From positions 123,420 through 187,419 of the forward strand of contig NZDH01000004.1 in NCBI GenBank assembly GCA_002688775.1: a stretch of 64,000 nt of DNA, in the 5' to 3' direction. Shown here one piece after another: positions 53,715 through 63,607 of this stretch. The notes below the pieces were generated by a model, which searched no databases, was not told the DNA's origin, and worked only from the letters and a program-made list of their open reading frames with translations. The position numbers and the translations under genes were made by a program. Numbering within the stretch: the first letter of the stretch is position 1; each line of letters opens with the position of its first letter. Source of the stretch: Candidatus Woesearchaeota archaeon (GTDB lineage Archaea; Nanobdellota; Nanobdellia; Woesearchaeales; GW2011-AR4).

Positions 53715-54112
53715 AGAACATTCACGCATCTGGAAAAAGAAAGACGGCAATTGCAAGAGCCACATTAAAGCAGGGAAGCGGCTTGGTAAGAGTCAATAGT
53801 GTCCCGATAGACCTTGTAGAGCCAAAAATGTCAAGGCTAAAATTAAGGGAGCCATTGATATTAGCAGGAGATGTTGCCAACAAAGTAAATATCGATGTCA
53901 CAGTTTTTGGAGGCGGAGCAACAAGCCAGGCAGATGCATCAAGGCTTGCAATTGCAAAAGCACTTGTTGATTTCACAAAAAATGATAAATTAAAAGAGAT
54001 TTTTTTAAGTTATGACAGAAACCTGCTTGTTGCTGATGTCAGAAGAAAAGAAGCTGCAAAACCAAACAGGCATGGAAAAGCAAGATCAAAAATTCAGAAG
54101 TCTTATCGTTAG
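53699..54112 (+). CDS. rps9: 30S ribosomal protein S9 (uS9)
   Basis: ASGKRKTAIARATL...GGGATSQADA...KSYR terminus. The likely start is MKNIH at 53711. Confidence 0.93.
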   Translation: MEGAMKNIHASGKRKTAIARATLKQGSGLVRVNSVPIDLVEPKMSRLKLREPLILAGDVANKVNIDVTVFGGGATSQADASRLAIAKALVDFTKNDKLKEIFLSYDRNLLVADVRRKEAAKPNRHGKARSKIQKSYR

Positions 54113-54348
54113 AAAGTAACAAATATCTTTTTAATTCTTTTTTCTAATATATAGTTTAGTGTAGCACTGGACAAAAAAGGCCACTGGACATAGTCACGTG
54201 AACTATTTAAACTACAAATCCTTCTAAATTTTTGATTAACTCGTGTTTTAATCACCTTAAACGATGTTTCAACTACCAAATTAAGTCTTTTGATTAACAT
54301 CGAAATACTTTTACACAGTCTCAACCAAATAAAAATCGGTGATTCAAA

Positions 54349-55278
54349 ATGAACTCGTATAGAAATCAAAAAATTTGTTTGAAAGAATTGTATTGGAATA
54401 AACATATGTCAACATCACAAATTGGAAGAATATATAATTGTAACGCTGAAACAATTCGCAGATATATGATTAAATTTGGAATTGATAGAAGAAAGTTACA
54501 TGAAAGAAAATATAAAATATCAAAGAAACAGTTAGAAAATTTGTATCTTAAAAAAAGATTATCTATTATAGAAATTGCTAGGAAATATGGCTGTTCTCAA
54601 TGGGTAATTTGGTCTCTACTTAGATACCATAGGATAAGAGCAAGAGGCACTAATGATTATCATTCATGGAAGGCCCCTGCTAATCAAATTAAGCCATCTT
54701 TAGAGGTTACTTCAACTCTTGCGTACGTTATAGGTGTTATTTTAGGAGATGGTTGGGTTTACAAAAGAGGCTATTGGTATACTATAGGTTTAGAAGCATT
54801 AGATAAAAAATTTTGTGAAAGTTTTTACCATGCGTTAAAGCAATTGAAAATTAATCCTTCAATTTTTCATAGTAGAAACTATTGGAGAGTTGTATGTTCC
54901 TCAAAATTATTTTATATATGGTTCAAATCTTTAGATTTTAATAAAATAAAGGAAATTTCCGAAAAATATCCTATAGATTTCTTAAGAGGTTTCTATGAAA
55001 GCGAAGGAAATTTCTCTACTTATAAAAGTAAGAAATATTTTTTTATAACATACAAAATAACTATTGTGAATACTGATAAAAAACTTATCGATTTAGTAAA
55101 ATTTTTATTAGATAGATTAGGTTTCCATCCTACATATCATAAGAGAAATCAGTTAAAATCAAATTGGAAGCCACTTTGGGCTTTAACTTTGTGTAGAAAA
55201 TTGGAGGTTAAGCAATTCATTCAATTGATAAAACCCTGTATCAAAACTGGAGAGAGAAGGCGCAGTAGAAACATTTAA
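54349..55278 (+). mobile_element. Free-standing LAGLIDADG homing-endonuclease-like gene with two N-terminal HTH repeats
   Basis: Two LAGLIDADG motifs (LAYVIGVILGDGW and FLRGFYESEGNF). Duplicated N-terminal HTH units of about 45 aa. Inserted between rps9 and rpoN. Confidence 0.8.
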
Positions 55279-55321
55279 AAATCAGGCATTTTTCTTATAT
55301 ATGTTTAAATAGGTATTAAAA

Positions 55322-55519
55322 ATGATTATACCAATTCGTTGTTGGTCATGTGGATTCCCAATAGCGCACCTCTGGGAGCGCTACAATGAAAGAGTCAACA
55401 AAGGCGAAGAGAGAAAGAAAGCATTAGATGATCTTGGATTGGATAGATATTGCTGCAGAGCAATGTTACTTGGTCATGTTGATCTGATCGACACAGCAGC
55501 GCAATTCAAGAAATTTTAG
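55322..55519 (+). CDS. rpoN: DNA-directed RNA polymerase subunit N (Rpo10)
   Basis: MIIPIRCWSCGFPI...RYCCRAML zinc motif. 65 aa. Confidence 0.93.
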   Translation: MIIPIRCWSCGFPIAHLWERYNERVNKGEERKKALDDLGLDRYCCRAMLLGHVDLIDTAAQFKKF

Positions 55520-55623
55520 GTAATTTTTTAATTTCTTATTATTATATGATTTTAAAATAATTAAATCCGTTGCTTCGCAACAATATTTACTCTGGCCGGC
55601 ATTGGCCAGACATCTATTAACAA

Positions 55624-56199
55624 ATGAAATTCATTATTGAACACCTGGAAAAAGAACTTTATGATTGGTGCTTGATTGAATATGAACATATTTCTAAGAT
55701 TGTTGGCAAGGAAAATCTTATTTTTACGAATGTTAGTAGTAAAGACGTGTGGAAATTGGATAAATATGGCATAGTTCATGTGGAAAGTTTTTCAGACCTG
55801 GATTTTGACAAAATTTGTGTGTTGAGCCAATATGCAGAAGGAGGATTAAGTCAAGAAGATGCAGCTAAGTTTGACTATTTTCTTTTTGGGGGCATCTTGG
55901 GGGATAATCCGGCCAAAAAAAGGACTAATGAACTTATTGACAAATTAAAAAAGTCGGGAAAACATTATGGTACAAGGAATTTAACTGATAAGCAGATGCC
56001 AACTGATGTTGCAGTTTTTGCTGCAAAAAAAGTTCTTGAAGGCGCCAAAATCAGTGATTTGAAATTTGTTGATGAAGTGGAGATCCAGATAAAAGAAGGT
56101 GAGAGCACTGTTTTGCCGTTTAGGTATGTTGTCGATGGAAAGAAGGCAGTCATTTCTGAAAAGATGGTTGAGTATCTGAGGAAGAAGAAGGGGTTTTGA
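55624..56199 (+). CDS. Predicted SPOUT-type methyltransferase, Sfm1/YOR021C (PF04252-like) family
   Basis: MKFIIEHLE..., KFDYFLFGGILGDNP, KQMPTDVAV and LPFRYV resemble my memory of this family. Not verified by a search. Confidence 0.5.
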   Translation: MKFIIEHLEKELYDWCLIEYEHISKIVGKENLIFTNVSSKDVWKLDKYGIVHVESFSDLDFDKICVLSQYAEGGLSQEDAAKFDYFLFGGILGDNPAKKRTNELIDKLKKSGKHYGTRNLTDKQMPTDVAVFAAKKVLEGAKISDLKFVDEVEIQIKEGESTVLPFRYVVDGKKAVISEKMVEYLRKKKGF

Positions 56200-56258
56200 T
56201 TTCTAAAAGAAAATATTTAAATATTCAAATTATAATTAATAATAAAAAAGAGGTATTG

Positions 56259-56897
56259 ATGACAGGTAAAATAGAGAAGCGATTAAAAGAAATTTTCTCA
56301 AAATCGTCTCAATCAGCATTAGAATTTCTAACAACATATGGTTGGGCCTTTATTGTTATTTTGATTATGATAGCTACATTATCTTATTTTGGTATTTTGC
56401 AGCCAAGTAAACTGTTGCCAAATAGGTGTAATCTAGGTTCTGAGTTTGGGTGTGTGGATTATTTAATAGCCGAGAATGGATTACAACTAAAGTTAAAAAA
56501 TAATGTCGGATCACCTATTATAATTGATTCATTTACTGTTTCCCATCAAAATATAAATCTAGATTGCAGTTCATCAACAATTGGGGCTTCATGGAATTCC
56601 GGCCATTTAAGAGATGTACCAATAATCTGCAATTTTTCCAACACAAGAATAATATCCGGAAATAAAGAAAAAATTAACTTGATGATATCATACTATGGGG
56701 TCGATAGTGGCAGTAATTACATAAGCTCTGTTCAAGGTGAGATTCTTGCTCCTGTAATTAATGCTACAATTACAGTATCGGATAATAATATATGCCAAAA
56801 TGCAGAAGATAATGGTCTGTGCGATGGCTTGGATATTGTATTTGGCCTAGGTTATAAAACTGCATGTTGCAGTGAATATAATTTATGCTGCTCATAA
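56259..56897 (+). CDS. Archaeal type IV pilin-like protein (class III signal peptide) with a Cys-rich C-terminus
   Basis: KSSQSALEFLTTYGWAFIVILIMIATL is a class III signal/prepilin-type N-terminus. Start taken at Met22 of the track ORF. Confidence 0.6.
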   Translation: MTGKIEKRLKEIFSKSSQSALEFLTTYGWAFIVILIMIATLSYFGILQPSKLLPNRCNLGSEFGCVDYLIAENGLQLKLKNNVGSPIIIDSFTVSHQNINLDCSSSTIGASWNSGHLRDVPIICNFSNTRIISGNKEKINLMISYYGVDSGSNYISSVQGEILAPVINATITVSDNNICQNAEDNGLCDGLDIVFGLGYKTACCSEYNLCCS

Positions 56898-56937
56898 AAA
56901 CAAGATTTAAAAACAAAATTACAAAACTAGTTCTGAA

Positions 56938-59646
56938 ATGGTAGATTTTAACAAAATAGCCCATAAATGGCAGAAGAAATGGGAAGAGAAGAAAATCTTC
57001 AATGTGAAAGAAGATTTGAAGAAAAAAAAATTCTATTGCCTGGAGATGTATCCCTATCCTTCTGAAAGACTTCACATGGGGCATCTAAGGAATTATTCCA
57101 TAGGAGATGCGCTTGCCCGTTACAAGAGAATGCAGGGCTTTAATGTTTTATATCCGATGGGTTATGATTCATTTGGGTTGCCGGCTGAGAATGCTGCCAT
57201 AAAGCACGGAATCGATCCTGAGAAATGGACATTGGCGAATATCGATGCGATCAGGCAGCAGCAAAAAGACATGGGTTTTTCTTATGACTGGAACAGGGAG
57301 ATTGCAAGCCTGCACGAGGATTATTACAAATGGAACCAGTGGATATTCCTAAAATTTTATGAAAAAGAATTGGCTTACAAGAAAAAAGCTGCTGTCAATT
57401 GGTGTCCAAGCTGCAATACAGTGCTTGCGAATGAGCAAGTTGTGGAAGGCAAATGCTGGCGATGTAGCAGTGAAGTTAATGAGAAAATGCTGGATCAATG
57501 GTTCTTTAAAATTACTAAATATGCTGATGAATTACTAGACGACATTAAAAAACTGAATAATTGGCCTGAAAGAGTCAGGGTCATGCAAAAAAATTGGATT
57601 GACAGAAAAGAATGGATTGATATTGATTATGAAATCGAAGGAACTGACAAGAAAGTAACTGTTGCAACAACAAGACCAGATACAAACTTTGGTGCAACTT
57701 TTATTGTAATAGCGGCAGAACACCCATTATTATCAAAAGAAAGCAATCTAATCCCGGATAAATACAGAAAAACTGTCGATAGTTACATAGAAAAAGCAAA
57801 GAAAAAAACAGTTGATGAAAGAATTAATGAGGGTATCAAGAAAACTGGTGTTTTTACGGGTTTATACTGCATCAATAATTTAACTAAAACAAAAATGCCT
57901 GTATGGGTCGCTGACTTTGTTCTGATGTCTGTTGGAACTGGTGTTGTAGTTGGAGTTCCCGGGCATGATATAAGAGATTTTGATTTTGCAAAAGAATTTA
58001 ACTTGCCAATAATAAGGGTTGTGGTTGGGCCTGATGGCGACAAAACTGGGATAACAAGAAGGGAACAAGTCCAGGAAGAAGCAGGAACTATGGTTAATTC
58101 TGATTTTTTGAATGGAATGGATATTCACAAAGCGAAGAAAAGGATAATGGATTATTTTGAAGAAAAAAAATGGGGAAGGAGATCCATACGTTACAAACTA
58201 AGAGACTGGCTTATATCACGTCAAAGATATTGGGGCACACCAATTCCAATAATTTATTGTGAAAAATGCGGCATTGTTCCTGTTCCTTATGAAGATCTTC
58301 CTGTTAGATTGCCAAAGCATGACAAATGCAAATTTACTGGAAAAGGAAATCCATTGGCAACCTGCAATGAGTTTGTTGAAACAAAATGTCCGAAATGCAA
58401 AGGAAATGCAAAAAGAGATACTGATACAATGGACACTTTTGTTGACAGCTCGTGGTATTTCATAAGATACTGCTCACCTAAATTTGAAAAAGGGCCTTTT
58501 GACAAGAAAGCAGCAGAGTATTGGATGCCTGTTGATCAATATATTGGGGGGATAGAGCATGCAATATTGCACCTGCTTTATGCTAGATTCTTTACAAAGG
58601 CATTAAGAGATATTGGATTAGCTGCTGTTGACGAGCCTTTTTCAAGATTGCTGACCCAGGGAATGGTGATAAAAGACGGCGCAAAGATGAGCAAAAGCCT
58701 TGGCAATGTTGTTGACCCTGCTGAAATAAGCGACAAATACGGACCTGACACAGCAAGGTTGTTCATTTTATTTACTGCTTTGCCTGAAAAAGAATTGGAG
58801 TGGAGTGATAGGGGAGTTAATGGTTCATTTAGATTCTTAAATAGAATTTACAATTTAATTAATGATAATCTGGATAATATTTCCTTGAAGCATTATGACG
58901 AGCGTAAATTGGACAATAATGACAAGTATGTCTTGAGTAGGATGCACCTAACAATAAAAAATGTGACTGAGCATATTGAAGATTTTGAATTTAGCCTGGC
59001 AATTGGAAAAATAATGGAATATGTCGATGTTTTACAGAGATACAAAGAGAAGAATGAGGGAGTTTTTGGCGAAGCTGCTAAAAATCTTGTGTTGTTGATG
59101 CTGCCTTTCATACCTCATTTAAGCGAAGAGTTTTGGCACATGATCAAAGGCAATGGTTTTGCATCATTACAGAAATGGCCTAGCTATGATGAAAATAAAA
59201 TAGATAAAAGAGCAGAAGCAGTCGCTATGTTTATTGAATATACAAGAAAAGACATAATTGAAATTTTAAGATTGACAAAAATAGAGAAACCAGAGAAAAT
59301 TAAGTTATTTGTGGCTGATAAATGGAAATATGATTTTATCTCCAAATTGAAAGAAGAGATGAAAAAAACACGGAATGCCGGAGAGATAATCAAAACAATC
59401 ATGTCCTCTGATTTGAAAAGATATGGGCAGGAAATAACAAAACTAATTCCAAAATTAGTGAATGATGAAACTAAAATAACCCAAATTGTTTTGGATCAAG
59501 AAACAGAATTTGATGCTTTAAACAATGCTTCTAAGGATTATAAAGAAGAGCTTAATTGCAGTATTGAGGTTATAGCAGCTGACAAATCAAAAGAGAGCAA
59601 GGCAAAACAGGCATTTCCAGGCAAAGCGGCTATTTTGGTTGGGTGA
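56938..59646 (+). CDS. leuS: Leucyl-tRNA synthetase, bacterial-type architecture
   Basis: The HMGH (HIGH) and KMSKS motifs. [15 protein letters not shown] and [20 protein letters not shown] are bacterial LeuRS hallmarks. Confidence 0.93.
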   Translation: MVDFNKIAHKWQKKWEEKKIFNVKEDLKKKKFYCLEMYPYPSERLHMGHLRNYSIGDALARYKRMQGFNVLYPMGYDSFGLPAENAAIKHGIDPEKWTLANIDAIRQQQKDMGFSYDWNREIASLHEDYYKWNQWIFLKFYEKELAYKKKAAVNWCPSCNTVLANEQVVEGKCWRCSSEVNEKMLDQWFFKITKYADELLDDIKKLNNWPERVRVMQKNWIDRKEWIDIDYEIEGTDKKVTVATTRPDTNFGATFIVIAAEHPLLSKESNLIPDKYRKTVDSYIEKAKKKTVDERINEGIKKTGVFTGLYCINNLTKTKMPVWVADFVLMSVGTGVVVGVPGHDIRDFDFAKEFNLPIIRVVVGPDGDKTGITRREQVQEEAGTMVNSDFLNGMDIHKAKKRIMDYFEEKKWGRRSIRYKLRDWLISRQRYWGTPIPIIYCEKCGIVPVPYEDLPVRLPKHDKCKFTGKGNPLATCNEFVETKCPKCKGNAKRDTDTMDTFVDSSWYFIRYCSPKFEKGPFDKKAAEYWMPVDQYIGGIEHAILHLLYARFFTKALRDIGLAAVDEPFSRLLTQGMVIKDGAKMSKSLGNVVDPAEISDKYGPDTARLFILFTALPEKELEWSDRGVNGSFRFLNRIYNLINDNLDNISLKHYDERKLDNNDKYVLSRMHLTIKNVTEHIEDFEFSLAIGKIMEYVDVLQRYKEKNEGVFGEAAKNLVLLMLPFIPHLSEEFWHMIKGNGFASLQKWPSYDENKIDKRAEAVAMFIEYTRKDIIEILRLTKIEKPEKIKLFVADKWKYDFISKLKEEMKKTRNAGEIIKTIMSSDLKRYGQEITKLIPKLVNDETKITQIVLDQETEFDALNNASKDYKEELNCSIEVIAADKSKESKAKQAFPGKAAILVG

Positions 59647-59647
59647 A

Positions 59648-60097
59648 TTATTTTTCCGTATTAGAGCGTTTATGATTACTTTGCGAGGGCTTTTTATTCA
59701 CATTTAAATATTTTAATTTTTGCCAAAATGTGGATGTGTGTGACCTGATTTTTATTGTGCTTAATCTTTCTATCCAGAAGTGCTCTCTAATCCCAACAAA
59801 GAAAGAGGCAAAAATATAAAGTCCGTACAGCACAACCCCCACACCTAAAAGTATGTAAAATATTGTAAATATCTTTCCTGCATCAGTTTGTGGCGTAATA
59901 TCACCATAGCCAATTGTAGTAAGTGTGAAGGTGGAGAAATAGAGCGCATCAATGAATCTCCAGTTCTCTACATAATAGTAAAAAATAGAACCAGTTAACA
60001 GGATTATTACAATCAGCAAGAATATAAATACTAACCTTGCTCGGTATTTGGTCTTTTCGCTTTCTTCAATGCTTTCTAGTTGTTCCTGATCTATCAT
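59648..60097 (-). CDS. Two-TM potassium channel
   Basis: The selectivity filter TLTTIGYGD lies between two TM helices. 149 aa. Confidence 0.85.
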   Translation of the reverse strand: MIDQEQLESIEESEKTKYRARLVFIFLLIVIILLTGSIFYYYVENWRFIDALYFSTFTLTTIGYGDITPQTDAGKIFTIFYILLGVGVVLYGLYIFASFFVGIREHFWIERLSTIKIRSHTSTFWQKLKYLNVNKKPSQSNHKRSNTEK

Positions 60098-60184
60098 CTG
60101 TGAGTTTAGCGGTGTATTTCAGCACTGGTTTATATTCTTTTCTGAATTTTATATAAGAAAATGAAAATTATTGTATTCTTCCAT

Positions 60185-60340
60185 ATGTCAAAAACCACCA
60201 ATCATAGATAGGTGGCACAATTTCATCAGCCTAAATTTCAGGTGGTTTTTGATACTCAAAATTCCAATTTTTATGACTGGTTTTTGAGCATCATGAAAAT
60301 GCTATGCATTTTCAGGATCCCGAAAATCTTTGATTTTCGC
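60185..60340. repeat. Cluster of four hairpins between the CPA2 antiporter and K+ channel genes
   Basis: GTCAAAAACCACC (60187)/GGTGGTTTTTGA (60241). CTCAAAATTCCA (60255)/CTGGTTTTTGAG (60277). TGAAAATGC-TAT-GCATTTTCA (60294). GAAAATC-TTT-GATTTTC (60322). Confidence 0.55.
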
Positions 60341-60381
60341 GACACAAAATCCCATGCTATGTTTAGCTACACATAAACTAC

Positions 60382-62163
60382 TTATCTTAGACGAGTGGAA
60401 TTTTGTTGTTTTAGCTGCTTCTTGAACAATAGTTTATATCTTTTGCTAAAATTGTTGATTACTTGACCACGTTTTTTTATGATATTCTGTATCAAGCTTG
60501 AGCATCTGAAAGCGTGTATCAAAATCCCCAATATCAATATCGGCACAACTATATGGAAAACTGGGTTTATCCTGATAAGCAAGGATATTCCGGGGAAAAT
60601 CAAAAGAAACAGGAAAAAGACTATTATAAAGATGAAACTGGTGAATATCTTCCTTTCACTGAGCTTTTCTTTTGGAGACAGCCTTGTAAAGAATGTTAAA
60701 ATGTCACCCAGAAGATGCTTTACATTCCTTACTATGTTCAATGCAGGTAAAAATATTGCGATTGCTGTCAAAAAAATGATTATATTCAGGATAAACCTGC
60801 TTTTCAGGAATTCCACCAGTATTTCACTATAAAGATTCCAGATAAAAAATCCTGCTGTCAGGATTATGAACAAAGAAAAAATATTGTTCAGAATTGTTTT
60901 CCATTCCTGTGCAATTCTTCTTGCATTGACTTTGTTTGTAACCATGCTTAAGGAAATGCTGTTCAGAAAGTTGGAGGTATATTTGACACTCTTAACTAAC
61001 TTTGCAGGGATTATGGCATCCAAAGAACTGTGAATTTTTTTATAATTGGCTATTGAAACGGACATAGCAAATGAAGAAAGCAAAATGATCCCTGCGGTTA
61101 TGCTCACTAAGTCAATTCCAGCCAGAGAACCCGCTTCTTTTGCAATCAACAGCGAAAATTCCCCTACTGAAAGCATCGCTACACCAGCAAATACAGCCTG
61201 CTTGCCTGTGTAGTTTGAAAACAAATAACTTCCAAATCCAATTGTAAAGAATTTAGACAGGATATTCACGATGAACAGAGCCAGTATAAGAAAGATGCTG
61301 CTGAAAATAACTGAAAAATCAACAATTGTACCTATCGAAAAGAAGAATAAGGCTGTAAATGTCAATATGAATGGGTGTATAGATTTCTCAAAATTCTTTG
61401 CCTCTGGCAGCGACGCTACTATATTGCCTGCCAAGAATGCGCCTACTGATGGAGAAAGCTTGAGCACTATTGCAATATAGGTCATAATGCCCAACAGACC
61501 TAATGATACAAAAGTAAATGTATCTTCTGTCCTGTATTTTATAAGCCAGTTGATTATGGGTTTTAAGATTCTCAGCAGAACTAAATAAGCTACGAGCAGT
61601 ATTACCAATGAGATGAGCAAGCTAGTTAAAATGTTCAATGGCTCCAGCACCCCATTTGCTTTAAGGCTTGAGAAAAAGGTCAATGCAAAAATTCCAAAAA
61701 TATCTTCGATTATGAGAATTGCTATCAATAAGGGTATTTCATCCCTGCCAGCAAAACCTTTTTGGTCCAAAATCTTGAGAAAGATTACTGTACTTGTTAT
61801 TGATATGATCACCCCTATAAATAACGCTGTGACAAAACCAAAGCCGAATAATAATGCAGTGTAATATGACAAAAGAAAGACCAAGCCGAGCTTCAGTACG
61901 GCTATGACAATAGACCTTAATCCCAGATTAAACAAACGCTTTAAACTAAATTCTATTCCGATCGTGAAAAGCAAAAGAACAGCCCCTATCTCTATCGCTG
62001 CGTTGATCAGGGAAGTATCGGATATAAGGCCTAAAGCGTTTGGACCCACGATTGCTCCGACTATTATGAGCCCCAGGACAGATGGCTGCTTAAATCTTAC
62101 AGCCAGCACGCCACCTACAATTGAAAACAGCAGAATGATCAATAATTCTATATTAAACGCCAT
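60382..62163 (-). CDS. Cation/proton antiporter, CPA2 family, with an extra C-terminal membrane domain
   Basis: N-terminal RFKQPSVLGLIIVGAIVGPNALG, typical of Na_H_Exchanger. About 13 or more TM segments. 593 aa. Confidence 0.85.
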   Translation of the reverse strand: MAFNIELLIILLFSIVGGVLAVRFKQPSVLGLIIVGAIVGPNALGLISDTSLINAAIEIGAVLLLFTIGIEFSLKRLFNLGLRSIVIAVLKLGLVFLLSYYTALLFGFGFVTALFIGVIISITSTVIFLKILDQKGFAGRDEIPLLIAILIIEDIFGIFALTFFSSLKANGVLEPLNILTSLLISLVILLVAYLVLLRILKPIINWLIKYRTEDTFTFVSLGLLGIMTYIAIVLKLSPSVGAFLAGNIVASLPEAKNFEKSIHPFILTFTALFFFSIGTIVDFSVIFSSIFLILALFIVNILSKFFTIGFGSYLFSNYTGKQAVFAGVAMLSVGEFSLLIAKEAGSLAGIDLVSITAGIILLSSFAMSVSIANYKKIHSSLDAIIPAKLVKSVKYTSNFLNSISLSMVTNKVNARRIAQEWKTILNNIFSLFIILTAGFFIWNLYSEILVEFLKSRFILNIIIFLTAIAIFLPALNIVRNVKHLLGDILTFFTRLSPKEKLSERKIFTSFIFIIVFFLFLLIFPGISLLIRINPVFHIVVPILILGILIHAFRCSSLIQNIIKKRGQVINNFSKRYKLLFKKQLKQQNSTRLR

Positions 62164-62250
62164 AGCATCAATTAAAAGTAAAGGATATATAAAATTATTG
62201 AAAACAAAAACAATATAAATAAGATATTAACTTTAGATTTAAAATTCTAA

Positions 62251-63381
62251 ATGAAATACAAAATCGCTGTTTTTGCAGGAGATGGTGTAGGGCCTGAGCT
62301 GATAGATGAAGGCATCAAGGTAATTGAAAAAGCAGCTGAGCTTGACAAGTTTGAGATTGAATGGGTGAAATATCCACATGGTGCAGAGCATTTCAGTGAA
62401 ACAAAGGAATCGCTGTCGAATAAAGCCTTGAAGGAGATAAAAGATTCATGCAAATCAGTTTATTGCGGCACATTCGATAATTCTAAAAACGGAAATGCTG
62501 CTGAAAATAATGTCTCATCTGCCATAAAAAATTATTTCGACCAGTTTGTGAGCCTGAGACCTATAAGACTACTTCCAAATGTGCAAAGCCCGCTTAACGG
62601 CAAAACAGACAAGGAGATTGATTTTACTGTAATCAGGGAGAATACAGAGGATTTCTATAGCGGGATCAACGGCAGAGTGAAGAACGGCAAGAATAAGCAT
62701 CAGTTTGATTTGAACAATAGCACATTGAAAGCTAAATTCGGGCTGAATGTGGAGGCAAAAGGCGGCGAGATGGCCTATCAGATAGGTGTTTTGAGTAAAA
62801 AGGGGTGTGAAAGGGTCATCAAGTTCGCTTTCGAATATGCAAAAAGCAAGAACAAGAAAAAAATTGCGGCTGTCGACAAGGCAAATATGATCGAATGCTA
62901 CGATTTTTGGAGGGAAAATGTCAATAAAGTTTCAAAAGGCTATGGCGACATCAAATGTGAATTTGAGTTTATTGATGCAGCTGTGATGAATTTCATAAGG
63001 CAGCCCGAGAAATATGAAGTCATAATCGCCCCTAACATGTTCGGGGATATTTTAGGTGATTTAGGGACAGTGATGCAGGGAAGTCTGGCTGTTGCAGCAA
63101 GAGGAAATATCAATCCAGGGGGAATTTCAATGTTCGAGCCTGTCCATGGGAGCGCTCCCGGACTAAAAGAAAAAGGTGTTGTAAATCCGATCGCAACTAT
63201 CTGGGCAGGGGCGATGATGCTCGACAACATAGGGCAGCAAAAATCAGCTGACCTGATGATAAAGTCCATTGAATATGTGCTAAAGGGAGGCAAAACGATG
63301 ACTCTGGATCTGGGCGGCAACAACTCGACATCTGAGATGGGAGATGCAATCAAAGATAAATTTATTGAATTGCACGATTGA
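62251..63381 (+). CDS. Isocitrate/isopropylmalate/tartrate dehydrogenase family protein
   Basis: KIAVFAGDGVGPE, IRENTEDFYSG, APNMFGDILGDL and EPVHGSAP motifs. Substrate not assignable from sequence alone. Confidence 0.85.
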   Translation: MKYKIAVFAGDGVGPELIDEGIKVIEKAAELDKFEIEWVKYPHGAEHFSETKESLSNKALKEIKDSCKSVYCGTFDNSKNGNAAENNVSSAIKNYFDQFVSLRPIRLLPNVQSPLNGKTDKEIDFTVIRENTEDFYSGINGRVKNGKNKHQFDLNNSTLKAKFGLNVEAKGGEMAYQIGVLSKKGCERVIKFAFEYAKSKNKKKIAAVDKANMIECYDFWRENVNKVSKGYGDIKCEFEFIDAAVMNFIRQPEKYEVIIAPNMFGDILGDLGTVMQGSLAVAARGNINPGGISMFEPVHGSAPGLKEKGVVNPIATIWAGAMMLDNIGQQKSADLMIKSIEYVLKGGKTMTLDLGGNNSTSEMGDAIKDKFIELHD

Positions 63382-63413
63382 AAAAGAGTTGTTTTGATAA
63401 TTATATCCTATTT

Positions 63414-63546
63414 AGAAAGATAATAACAACAAGGGATTCAAACACGGCTTTTCTTGGTGAAAAGCCTATTCGCAAAGTAAATTTCCACACTGTGTATGGA
63501 AATTTACTCTGCACTCAATTTTCATCCAGGTTGTTACCTTTTCTTC
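63414..63546 (+). ncRNA. Three-way-junction RNA, copy 2 (same family as 44861-44992)
   Basis: Hairpins GGCTTTTC/GAAAAGCC and GTAAATTTCCA/TGGAAATTTAC with stem TAACAAC/GTTGTTA. The junction strands TATTCGCAAAG and CTCTGCACTCAATTTTCA match copy 1 exactly. Confidence 0.65.
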
Positions 63547-63607
63547 GAAGTCTAAAACAAATGCGAAGATACATATATTTAAATACGAAATTTGATTCTA
63601 TTTCTAT

